DNA of 64,000 nucleotides from Nitrospirales bacterium (GTDB lineage Bacteria; Nitrospirota; Nitrospiria; Nitrospirales; UBA8639): NCBI GenBank assembly GCA_965203295.1, contig CBDBCZ010000018.1, positions 1,056,001 to 1,120,000 of the forward strand, read 5' to 3'. Shown piece by piece: positions 39,401 to 50,168 of this stretch (position 1 is its first letter; each line of letters starts with the position of its first letter). The notes under the pieces were generated by a model. It saw only the letters and a program-made list of their open reading frames with translations, ran no database searches and was not told where the DNA came from. The position numbers and the translations under genes were made by a program.

Positions 39401-40004
39401 GTCACATTTAAAAATCTTTGCTTGCTTCAACAGTCGCTACATTAAACACTTCCTGGATGCCTACCATGCACCCTATACAAGCAAACACCGCTACTGGACT
39501 GGAGTGATGCTTCTTTTTCGCTTGGTTTTGTTTCTCGTTTCTGCACTCAATGTACTTGGAGATCCCAGTATCAACCTTCTTGCTATTGTGACTACGGCAA
39601 TATTGATACCTCCTACTCTACTAGGTTGCAGAATCTACAGGTCATGGAGCCTTGGCCTCCTTGAATCATTCTCGATCATCAACCTGGCCATACTTTCTGT
39701 GGCCACTTTATACGTTCGTACCAGTGGAGGCAACCAGAATGCTGTTACAATCACCTCAGTTGGCATAGCTTTTGCAACCTTTACTGGGGTTGTCATCTAC
39801 CACACTGTTCAGCAACTCAAAGGCACCAAGCTGTGGAGGAGAGTGTGCCTGAGGCACGATTACATGAGTGTCCCCCTGATTGATGTGGCCTCAGAACCTG
39901 ATGATGATGACCCACCAGACCGTGTGTTCCTGTCAGGGTGCGCCCCAACCCAGACAATTGTTGATATACGTTTTTTACGAGAACAATGCATGGAGACAAA
40001 CTGA
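36464..40004 (+). CDS. Intronless receptor-like membrane protein: signal peptide, Pmp-type (GGA[LI]/FxxN) beta-helix repeats, Cys-rich stalk, multi-pass TM region; single frameshift near 36680-36700
   Basis: ORF 36464 gives the signal peptide and YYVTPT...CHTLSEY...EFLPGN; ORF 36702-40004 (1100 aa) continues in a different frame with many GGA/GGG...N repeats, CPPGF, CPFDYC, NRSGLLCGRC and several hydrophobic helices. Confidence 0.85.
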
Positions 40005-40800
40005 ACACATCAATACACACAAAATGAATTGCAGCAGCTACACTACTACTAAATACAAAATAACTATCAAATAATGCAGTGCAAGCTTGCATACACTTTT
40101 AATTTTTTTTTTAATGATCACACTACGTTTCAATTATAAAGTAATGAACAGCAAGCTAGCGCTGTTCACACACAACATAACATAATATTGTGTTAAACGT
40201 ATTTTGTACTTCCCTCATGTGGCTATCATCCATACCCATTTAGACTTTTTTTGTTTGCACATTTGCATCAATTTCATAGTAATCCCTTTTTTACTTGACG
40301 CATATATAATTAAGTTGTAACATAATATGCAGATTTTTGTAGGCACCTGATTATTAATGGTGTTGCTTGTCTTTATGAGTATTAGCACAGTAATGCAGGG
40401 AATAGTCTCACAAGACCAACCACATTCTGCAATGTGGAATGTGGTCTGGCCCACAAGACTAGCTCGGGAATGGGGTACTAAAATGAACAAAATACTTTAC
40501 TCTTCCCTATTGAGTGAATAGTCCACTTTAAAGTGATGCCAGAGAATGGAAATTCAAGTTTCAGCAGGCTGTGTATAAAAATATGCACTGTCAAATATTG
40601 AATTGCAACACATTAATTAACTACAGTGTAACAAACCAAACTCCCAATATCCTCATCCATCCAAGTTTTGGCGCTATTCAGCTCTTTTATCCTGATAGCC
40701 ATCGAGCTTTATTAACACCATCACAATGCAGGGTGCTTCATTGACTGATGATTCAGATTGTGATTGTTGGTCCAACAGGTACAGGTAGCCCTACCTACTA

Positions 40801-41055
40801 GGTGGAGGCAACCAGAATGTTGTTACGTTGGCCTCAGTTGGCGTAGCTTTTACAACGTTTACTGGGGTTGTCATCTACCACTCTGTTCAACAACGCAAAG
40901 GCACTAGGCTGTGGAGGAAAGTGAGTGTGCCCCGGACTGATGTGGCCTCAGGACCTGAGGACCTACCGGATTGTGTGTTCATGTCAGGGTCTGCCCCAAC
41001 CCAGACTGTGGTGGACTTACGCTTATTACGAGAATCATGCATGGCAACAGAGTGA
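40801..41055 (+). pseudogene. Orphan 3' fragment of a paralog of the 36464-40004 gene
   Basis: GGNQNVVTLASVGVAFTTFTGVVIYHSVQQRKGTRLWRK...APTQTVVDLRLLRESCM matches the last TM and tail encoded at 39724-40004. Confidence 0.85.
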
Positions 41056-41954
41056 ACATAAATCAAAGGTGGCTGCAACAATATAACTACTACAACAGTA
41101 TAAAATGACTTCTGCAAAAGATTCCCATTGTAAAATTAACTTGCCTTACACTGGTTCACTTTTTTTATCATCAGCACACAACATGATTATAGTGCATAGC
41201 TAGTGACAAGCATACAAAGTATTCATGCAATATAAAAAGTGTCAAACTGATACTGTTGTGATCAGCAGCAATCATTTTTAGATGACTTGTGTTTCCCTGT
41301 AGAAAACTAGGGAAGTTCTTTCTCTGACACATCTGCATTGCTGGTAAAGATTTAGAGTGGCATGGAGTATCCTGCAGCATGCACGTTGTACGTAGGGCAA
41401 TCTAATTCCCACTATTGTGATTCTAGGCTCAGAAGATAGATAATCCTTTGTTAACGTTCACATGGGAACACTATAGAGCTGTAAAGCTGACCAAAACTTA
41501 GTGTTTGGTATAATAATATCCTCTATGCTGATCGCACTCCGAGGGGAATGGAACTATGTCTTTGTACTGTTTTGCCTATGAACAAAAAAGTTAGCTAGAC
41601 AAACAGTGAGAAAAGATGTTAGCTATGCCACTATGAGCTGCTGTCAGGAGAGCTTTTTAAATATGTCTAGGCAGGTAGCAACAGAGTTTTATCATACACA
41701 TAATGATTTAGTAGTTTTAAAGAAAAGAACTTATCCGAAGGACTGACTATTACAGCATTAAAAGCTTTCAGTTATAATGGACAATCATAGTAGTTCAGTA
41801 GCTAGAAGGAATATTACGTAGCTATATTTATCCAAAGGGAGGACACTGATATGACCATTACAGAATCAAGAGCTTCTATCCACCATGCGTAGCAATTTTA
41901 CCTCTGCAAGTTTGTTTTCAGTTATGTCAATTTCATCATCTGTCATGCAAGTAA

Positions 41955-42089
41955 CCCTTTCACCGGTAGAGACCTGCTTCCATAAGGCCCATATGAATTA
42001 TATGGCGTTTTTATTTTAGGTGTTAATACAAAGTATGGGATTTTGTTTTGTTTCTTTAGGCAGTAAAGTGGCCTATACCGGTGAAAGGG
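41955..42089. mobile_element. piggyBac-like MITE related to the 143-bp family
   Basis: GTAA|CCCTTTCACCGGTA...TACCGGTGAAAGGG|TTAA. Confidence 0.75.
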
Positions 42090-42618
42090 TTAATTACCAT
42101 TGATTTAATCAAAACTACTGCTAACTATGCATGTATCCTATGAATAGGATACCATGGTACACTCAAGATAAATGTGAATACTTTATAGCCACTAAGTGGA
42201 AGTATGATGAGCATAAAGCTTTTACCCACCACTGGAAAAAAAACAACTTAAGTGCATTACAAGGAAAGTTGACAGGAAATCTAGCATTTCAGGTGCAGGG
42301 TAATATAGGATAGGAAATAAATTCCTTTAAAAAATCATGAAATTCTGCCCTACCCTATTCTACCCCGTACCTGAAATGCCAGATTTACTATCAAATTTCC
42401 TTGTAACACATTTTTTGGCTGTGCACTCCTAGTCTCGTGAGCCAGCCCCTCACTAGGATGAGCATGTATCCTGGACTGCTTATATACAATAGAAGAAGCA
42501 GTATAAACTTACTTACAATAGAAAAACTAGTAGCTATAAATAAAAGTCGTGTAGATTTGCCCCTAAAGATGGAGATCTGTGTATTGAATAGTAAGTGGGG
42601 ACTAAAAGTACTAAGAAC

Positions 42619-42712
42619 TTGAAGACAGCCAGCAGGTCGTCACAATAGTTAGGTGATCATAGACGTTGTAGCGAGCACCTAACTATTGTGAAGACCTGCT
42701 GCCTGTCTTCAA
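42619..42712. repeat. Hairpin with ~38-bp imperfect arms; diverged copy near 45605-45680
   Basis: TTGAAGACAG..AGCAGGTC.TCACAATAGTTAGGTG ... CACCTAACTATTGTGAAGACCTGCTG.CTGTCTTCAA. Confidence 0.75.
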
Positions 42713-43110
42713 CTGCTGTATTCGGTTTGTGTCATGCTGAATTAGTAGCCATTCTAGATACGCTCATTTTCACAGATTGTTAGGGCTAACTTATTTGCAT
42801 TGGTCGACTCAATGTACAGCGTGCTTGAATAAAGGAATATGTTTATACTATTATTTTATTGGTATAAAAAAAAACATGTATTGCACATGCAAGACCCAGG
42901 AAACGAGGACCTGCTGAATACTAGTCAGATGCTCTTACCAGTAAGCTACTGGAGCCCCTTGGCAGAGGAGCAGTAGGCAAGCTTTATAAAGCCACTAAAT
43001 CTGCTAGTAGCACTTACCAGTTCCAACTGTAATGACTCTCTTATTAGGCCTCTCCTCCCATCCCCTTAGCTATGTGCTCTTCTACTAACAACTCTAAAAT
43101 CTGCCAGTAG

Positions 43111-43762
43111 TTGGACACTCTGCTAATGTCTCATAAGCTAATGGGCACTCTGCTAATGGCTCTTCAACTAATGGGCACTCTGCTAGTGGCTCTTCAACTA
43201 ATGGAAACTCTGCTAGTGTCTCATAAGCTAATGGACACTCTGCTAGTGGCTCTTCACCTAATGGGCACTCTGCTAGTGGCTCTTCAACTAATGGAAACTC
43301 TGCTAGTGTCTCATAAGCTAATGGACAATCTGCTAGTGGCTCTTCACCTAATGGGCACTCTGCTAGTGCCTTTTCAACTAATGGAAACTCTGCTAGTGTC
43401 TCATAAGCTAATGGACACTCTGCTAGTGGCTCTTCACCTAATGGGCACTCTGCTAGTGGCTCTTCAACTAATGGACACTCTGCTAATGTCTCATAAGGTA
43501 ATGGACACTCTGCTAGTGGCTCTTCAACTAATGGAAACTCTGCTAGTGGCTCTTCAGCTAATTAACTCCAATACCTTTAGTTATATTGTACTATAATATT
43601 GCATCTTCATTTGTGTGTTGTACATATTATTATTATTAATAATAATAATAATGACCTCTGCTAGTGGCTCTTTAACTAATGGATAATCTGCTATGGCTCT
43701 TTAGCTATTGGAAACTGTGCTAGTGGCTGTTCAACTAATGGACACTGCTAGTGGTTCTTAGC
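43111..43762. repeat. 30-bp minisatellite with a 90-bp higher-order period
   Basis: Unit ATGG(A/G)(C/A)ACTCTGCTAGTGGCTCTTCAACTA; 15 regular units to 43560 and degenerate units after 43650. Confidence 0.95.
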
Positions 43763-44345
43763 TGCGTAACTCTGTCAAATTTAAACTGGTCCTGCTACTG
43801 GAGTGAAAAAAAAAAACACAGTAAGATCTCTTTAGAACACATGCGTAGCTCCATCTCTTCCAATCTTCAAGTTAACTCGGATTTACCTATAGGTTAATCT
43901 CCATATAATACACAAATGTGACATCTTAATCTAGATAACCAAACTCTACTAAAACCCTATATACCATATATTAGACTCCACTCTCAATGACTGACTCACT
44001 AGTCCAGCATGTACACTTTTGTCAGTTCCACCATCAGTAATGCCTGTCCTAAGCCTGTCCGGGTAATTGCAATTCAAGGTACTTATAGCCAGTTATCCAA
44101 TGGGATTTTATAATGTGGAAAAGTATTTGGCCGCTAGCCTTCACACGAGTGTTCCAGTATAATACTTGCTACCCACAACAGCATATTATTATATAGTACT
44201 TACTACCTCACCTTTATTCAAGTAATAATTTTTTGCATTTTATTAAGTAGTTGCACTATCTGCTATCACATGCAGTTGTCAGGATTAATTCCACCATCCA
44301 TCTAGATGTGGTTGAATTCCTAGTGTTATATCTTGGTTGATTTAA

Positions 44346-44488
44346 CCCTTTACCATCCATAAGAAACAGCTTAAAGCAGCAGAATTGCCTGTACTAAGTA
44401 TTAACACCTAATATTAAAACCCCCATATAAATTCATATGGGCTTATGGGAGCTCATGACGCATATATGCGTCATTGGTTGGTAAAGAG
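44346..44488 (+). mobile_element. 143-bp piggyBac-like MITE
   Basis: TTAA|CCCTTTACC...GGTAAAGAG|TTAA. Confidence 0.9.
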
Positions 44489-46257
44489 TTAATACACAAA
44501 CCTTAATATCATTAGGACAGGTCCCTCTATGTATTTTTCTGGAGAATGCTAGTAACGACCTTTCTCTGATACATATGCATTGTTGGGAAAAATGTAGAGT
44601 GGCATGGAGTAGCTATTCCACAGCATGTGGTATATTATAGACCATTCTCATTTCCACTATATATTGTGGTGCTAGGCTAAAAAGTCACATAATCCTTTTT
44701 TAACCTTTACATGGGAACACTAAGAGCTATATAGCTGACCAAATTGTAGTGTTAGTGAAAAAGCTATCCTCAACATATATTCATTGTACCCCAAGGGAAA
44801 TGGAACTTAGTCCTTGTACTGTTTTGTCTGGGAACTAAAAGGTTTAGCTAGCCAAACAGTGCGAAATGACGCTAGCTCTGCCACTATTAGCTACCGTCGG
44901 GAGAGCTTTTAAAAAATTAATATGTCCAGACATGTATATGAACAAAGATATCACACAGACTTAATGGTTAGTAGCTGAAAAGGAATCACAAAGGGAGGAG
45001 CATTGATATGACTATTGCAGCATTAGGAGCTTTCAGGCCACCATGTGTAACAATTACAACTCTGTTTTCCAGTTATGTCCTAGTCTTGCCTTAAGTATCA
45101 TGTGAGAAATGACGCTAGCTATGCCAATATTAGCTACGGTCAGGAGAGCTTTTAATTTATGTCTATATATGGCAGGTAGGAACAAAGTTATATCACAGAC
45201 ATCATAGTTTAGTAGCTTTAAAGAAAGGAATGTATCCAATGGGAGGGACACTGATATGACTATTTCAGCATTAGCTATGAGCTTTCTGGCCAACATGTGT
45301 AGCAAAGGTTATTTTTAGGTACAAAACCATCAATATATTATTTGCACTACTTGTAGCCAAGCAGGTATCTTATGGATACACTCAGGATATAATATTATAA
45401 TTATGCATGTGTATACTTGATAGCCATCATATGGAAGTAGCTACGATGTGGATAAAGTTTTTACCCACTTCTAGTAATCCTCACATCCTCACTGCTTCTG
45501 CCTGAGTATGACTTCCGATGAAGAGCCAGTATTGTAACATAAAAGTTTTAAGAAATATCTCTAAAGATGATACTCGTATTCAATAGCAAGTGAGGACTGA
45601 GAACTTCAAAACAGGCAGCAAGTCTTCACAATAATTATTTCAGTGATTATAGACGTTGTAGCATGCTTAACTGCTTGCCGTTTATGAAATCTTTCCCACT
45701 AGCTGTATCCGGTTTGTGTCATGCAGCAGCATGTCTGTGTTGCAATGCACCACATTCCAGTGTGACCAACACTAACGTAGTAAGCTACCTTATATAAAAT
45801 GCTTATATATAAGCTGGAATTTCCAAGCTGGAACAGTGTAGTGTTAGTGTGGTGCAGAACTCCTGTATAAAGTACGTATTTCCTTTTCCCTTTAATCTCT
45901 CTTGAAGGTTTCACAACCACTGAATGTTGCACCAACACAGAATGAACAGCTCCACTAATACTCTTACTGTGCTGCTGAAATAGTAGCACTTAGTAATACC
46001 ATACCACCACCCATCTAGGTACAATCATTTTTGGCGCTATCTTTTTTGCATTAGTTGATGCAATGTAGTAATACAGCATTACAGAATTATGACTTCCAAA
46101 CACAATTGTAATGTTAACTCATTGGTACAAAGAGCATACATTGCACATGTAAGGTGATACATACAAAGTGATTACAGATGAATTGAGCAAAAAAGTAATG
46201 AACAGTTTACAGCGCACTCACTGGTAGTTGTATTAACAGCGAATCATCACCCACCCG

Positions 46258-47466
46258 CTACTTATCAGAACCTTCAGAGAGCAGTAAATCTTCCACAAAA
46301 CCAAAAAACATGGCAGTAAACTCCCTTACATTATCATATACAGGACTGAGATCGTCTGTTGAGGCTGCTTGAATAGCATCGACAAAAGTTATATGCTGAG
46401 ATTCTGTGCTTCCGGCCTCAAGGCCGACTTGTTTCAGCTTCTCCATGGCATCACCCATTTCCACTCTCCAGTACGTTTCTAGGCTTTCAGACATATGAGC
46501 AATATATACATCCAGGCTGTGCCGCAATGCGCTCTCTGCTTTGTGTAAATCACTAACAAGAACCGCGCAGTCTGTGGCCTCGTGTGTTATAGAGTCGTTG
46601 CAGCCAGCTCCATTCTTCCACTCCTGCTGATATGTAATCCCAGCAACTGATGAACACCTGCACTTTTCAGGTCCATGGTTGAAAGTTGTACACGAATATT
46701 TCTCATCAATGACTGCTAAAGTAGGCGTGGGGAAAGAGGAACTGTGTCGATTAATGATTTGAGCTACAGCTGCAACATACCAGTTGTAGGACATAATGGA
46801 TAAGCTCTTTATTGCCTCCTTAAAATCGTTACTGTAATCAGTTAGCACGAAAAGCTCCATCAATGCTGCCATGTGAAGGTCAACATAGGTCCTGGTTAGC
46901 GGGAGAAGCTGCTCAAATGTCTCATAGTTAGGATTACCAGGAAGGAATGTTGGTTGGTTTAAAATGAGCTGTATGTTCAATTTCCACAATGACTTCTTCT
47001 TTGCATCAGCACCGTGCAAACTGTAGATGTTTGCTGCTTGCAGTAGATAACTGTGTAAGGATTGAGTCTTTAACTCAAAATCGTGCTGGTCAACGTTTGC
47101 ACCAACGTACTCTTTCAGATCAGAAACAGTTTGGCGAATATCTGCAATCAGCCTGTTGACAGAAGTCTCCAGCTCATGGAGGTCATCTGCTGTGGGATCC
47201 GTCTGACCAGAAATGGTGCCAAAGAATGTGCTGAAATCGAAATCTGCCTCTGGATCAGCTCCTAGTATGCCTGACATAATACTTAGGGCATTTCTGCTGA
47301 ATTGAAAAGAAATATCTGCAGCCAAAGTCCTTTCCAGTTTGGCGATCACTTCTCCTGGTGGACCCTGGTATGGATGAAATTTGCAGTCAGTTTTGTAGGC
47401 CCAGCACTGTGGAGGTTCCAGTGCCAGTAGTAGACAAATGGTGATCAATATGGTTCCACTGGCCAT
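46258..47466 (-). CDS. Secreted 402-aa protein A with a putative Cry delta-endotoxin domain-I-like helical bundle
   Basis: Intact single-exon ORF; signal peptide MASGTILITICLLLAL...CWA; YETFEQLLPLTRTYVDLHMAALMEL and YNWYVAAVAQI; paralog of 50169-51377. The ORF is well supported; the family call is tentative. Confidence 0.85.
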   Translation of the reverse strand: MASGTILITICLLLALEPPQCWAYKTDCKFHPYQGPPGEVIAKLERTLAADISFQFSRNALSIMSGILGADPEADFDFSTFFGTISGQTDPTADDLHELETSVNRLIADIRQTVSDLKEYVGANVDQHDFELKTQSLHSYLLQAANIYSLHGADAKKKSLWKLNIQLILNQPTFLPGNPNYETFEQLLPLTRTYVDLHMAALMELFVLTDYSNDFKEAIKSLSIMSYNWYVAAVAQIINRHSSSFPTPTLAVIDEKYSCTTFNHGPEKCRCSSVAGITYQQEWKNGAGCNDSITHEATDCAVLVSDLHKAESALRHSLDVYIAHMSESLETYWRVEMGDAMEKLKQVGLEAGSTESQHITFVDAIQAASTDDLSPVYDNVREFTAMFFGFVEDLLLSEGSDK

Positions 47467-47515
47467 TGTTATTCACTTGTCCCTGACTATATACAAACAC
47501 TGAATGAAAGTGCCT

Positions 47516-47523
47516 CTTTTATG
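47516..47523 (-). promoter_or_regulatory. Candidate TATA-like box (CATAAAAG) for protein A
   Basis: Same position as TATAAAAG upstream of gene B; shared CAAGTGAATAA just before the ATG. Confidence 0.45.
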
Positions 47524-47599
47524 CTGACATCTGGAGCAGTAGCGTCACACCTATTATGACTGAATAAAATCTATCCTTTCAGATTTGCTAATGGTGTTA

Positions 47600-48580
47600 T
47601 GGGTAGCAAGTAATGGCACACCAGTCTTTATACTAATGGTTATATTTGTCTGGGAACTAAGAGTGGAGCTATATATCATAATGGTTTGACAGCCTAAATA
47701 AAAGAAATTGCCAAAAGGAGGAGTACTGATATGATTATTACAGCACTAAGACTTTTCAGGCCACCACCATTATTGCCGTTGTGGGTAGCAAGTAATGGCA
47801 CACTCAGGAAAGGAACTTTGTCCATGCACTAATCAACCTGTATTGTCTGAGAACAAAATGGGTACTATAGCTATAGAGCCAAGCAGTGAGAAATGCCACT
47901 AATAGCTACTCAGATGGGACAGCATATAGAATCTGTCCAGGCATGCAAGAACAAAGTTATATCATAATGGTTTGACAGCCTCAATGAAAGAAATTGCCAA
48001 AAGGAGGAGTACTGATATGACTATTACAGCACTAAGACCTTTCAGGCCACCACCATTATTGCTGTTGTGGGTAGCAAGTAATGGCACACTCAGGAAAGGA
48101 ACTTTGTCAATGCACTAATCAACCTGTATTGTCTGAGAACAAAATGGGTACATGTACTAGCTATAGCTATAGAGCCAAGCAGTGAGAAATGCCTCTAATA
48201 ACTACTCAGACGGGACAGTATATAAAATCTGTCCAGGCATGCAGGAACAAAGTTATATCATAATGGTTTGACAGCCTCAATGAAAGAAATTGCCAAAAGG
48301 AGGAGTACTGATATGACTATTACAGCACTAAGACCTTTCAGGCCACCACCATAATTGCTGTTGTGGGTAGCAAGTAATGGCACACTCAGGAAAGGAACTT
48401 TGTCCATGCACTAATCAACCTGTATTGTCTGAGTACAAATGGGTACTAGCTATAGCTATAGAACCAAGCAGTGAGAAATGATGATATGCCACTAATAGCT
48501 ACTCAGACGGGACAGCATATAAAATCTGTTCAGGCATGCAGTAACAAAGTTATATATCTAGGCAAACAGTGGTTATGACT
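47600..48580 (+). repeat. ~296-bp tandem array (about 3.3 units); left arm of an inverted pair
   Basis: AGGCATGCA..AACAAAGTTATAT recurs near 47940, 48236 and 48532. Confidence 0.9.
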
Positions 48581-49345
48581 GTGTAACAATCTCAATTCTA
48601 TAATTATGTCATTTTTTCAGTTATGTCTTCTTTGTATTTTTTGATACAATGTGCTGCAGTGTGTTTGAATACAGTAACACAAACACGCATTAATTAACAC
48701 TTCAGAACACGTTAACAAAAACATGCATTGCAAGGCGACATAGCAAAGTGATCGCAAATGAAATGAACAATAGAAATAGCAAACACCTTTTAGTTCCCAG
48801 TACAAGGACAAAGTTCCATTCCCTTTGGAGTACAGTGAGTACAGAGGATAACTTTTTGCCAACACTAAGTTTTGGACAGCTTTATAGCTCTTAGTGTTCC
48901 CATGTGAAGGTTAACAAAGGATCATGTGGCCTAGAAGTAATTTGTCATAATTAGAATGTCCTATGATAAACTATACCCTCAATGCAGATGTGTCAGAAGA
49001 AAAAATTTAATGGCTTTCTCCAGATCTATAGAAAAACAAAGATGAAGCTGTCCTAATGATATAGCTACATTAAATCTACCAAATGAGACACCGTAAACTC
49101 TAGAGTATATGTACCGGTGCTTCCATTCGGAGATTGTACATTTTCGATGAGTGGATTTTGTGGACTACTTATATAATCATGGGATACGTTTCAATGGGAT
49201 AAAAGTCACGTTAGTCTAATCGCATGCACACAAAACCCTTCAGTTTTGGTCTTGACAGTCAACTTTTTCAACTTCATTTTACCCTGTGATTGTCACAGCG
49301 CTGTTCTTACATGAATCACTGAGTGGTCATTCTGTGCTCTGTTAA

Positions 49346-49488
49346 CTCTTTACCAACCAATGACGCATATATGCGTCATGAGCTCCCATAAGCCCATATG
49401 AATTTATATGGGGGTTTTAATACTAGGCGTTAATACTTTGTACAGGCTTTTCTGCTTCTTTAGGCTGTTTCTTATGGTTGGTAAAGGG
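49346..49488 (-). mobile_element. 143-bp piggyBac-like MITE, reverse orientation
   Basis: TTAA|CTCTTTACC...GGTAAAGGG|TTAA. Confidence 0.9.
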
Positions 49489-50115
49489 TTAAGTGCATAC
49501 GCACAAGGTAGTTCTATACCCCCACTGACAGCCCATACTCCTTTTGATGCAGACTCAGGTGTACCCGTCACACATGCACTATTTATAGATCCTTAGTTGT
49601 CTGATGGTTACTTATCTTTGTACGAATACTGCTATTCAGAAACTGGTTTAATGTGTACTCATATTTATAGGGTACTTATTTTTGATGAGTGCTGAAGAGT
49701 GTATAGAAATTTGTAATTATTATGAGCAATGTTTTTAATAGAGACCACTGTAATGGACAGCAGCAATTACAATTCAAAAGTACTTGTAGCCATTTATCCT
49801 ATGGGTTTTATATTGTGGAAAAATACTTGGTCACTAACCATCACTGCTACCCACAACAGCTTATGCTGTCACACCCTTATTGCGTATGCATAGTTACGTG
49901 AATGATGATGGAACATGCGGACACAAGTGCTTAACAGACTTTTAGATCAACGGTTGTGATTTGTTATACAGTTTTAATGCTCTAAATGCTGACATAGACA
50001 TACCAGTGTTCCTCCCTTTGGATGAGACACACTTACTTTCCTTGAGGGTAGCAAAATTACATATTTGTACTTCATTCAGTCATAACAGTTTTTGCACTGT
50101 TGCCCCAGTTGTCAA

Positions 50116-50123
50116 TATAAAAG
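50116..50123 (+). promoter_or_regulatory. Candidate TATA box (TATAAAAG) for protein B
   Basis: Canonical TATA about 50 bp upstream of the ATG at 50169. Confidence 0.55.
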
Positions 50124-50168
50124 CAGCACATTTCAGTGAGTGTTTCCACAAACAGTGGCAAGTGAATA

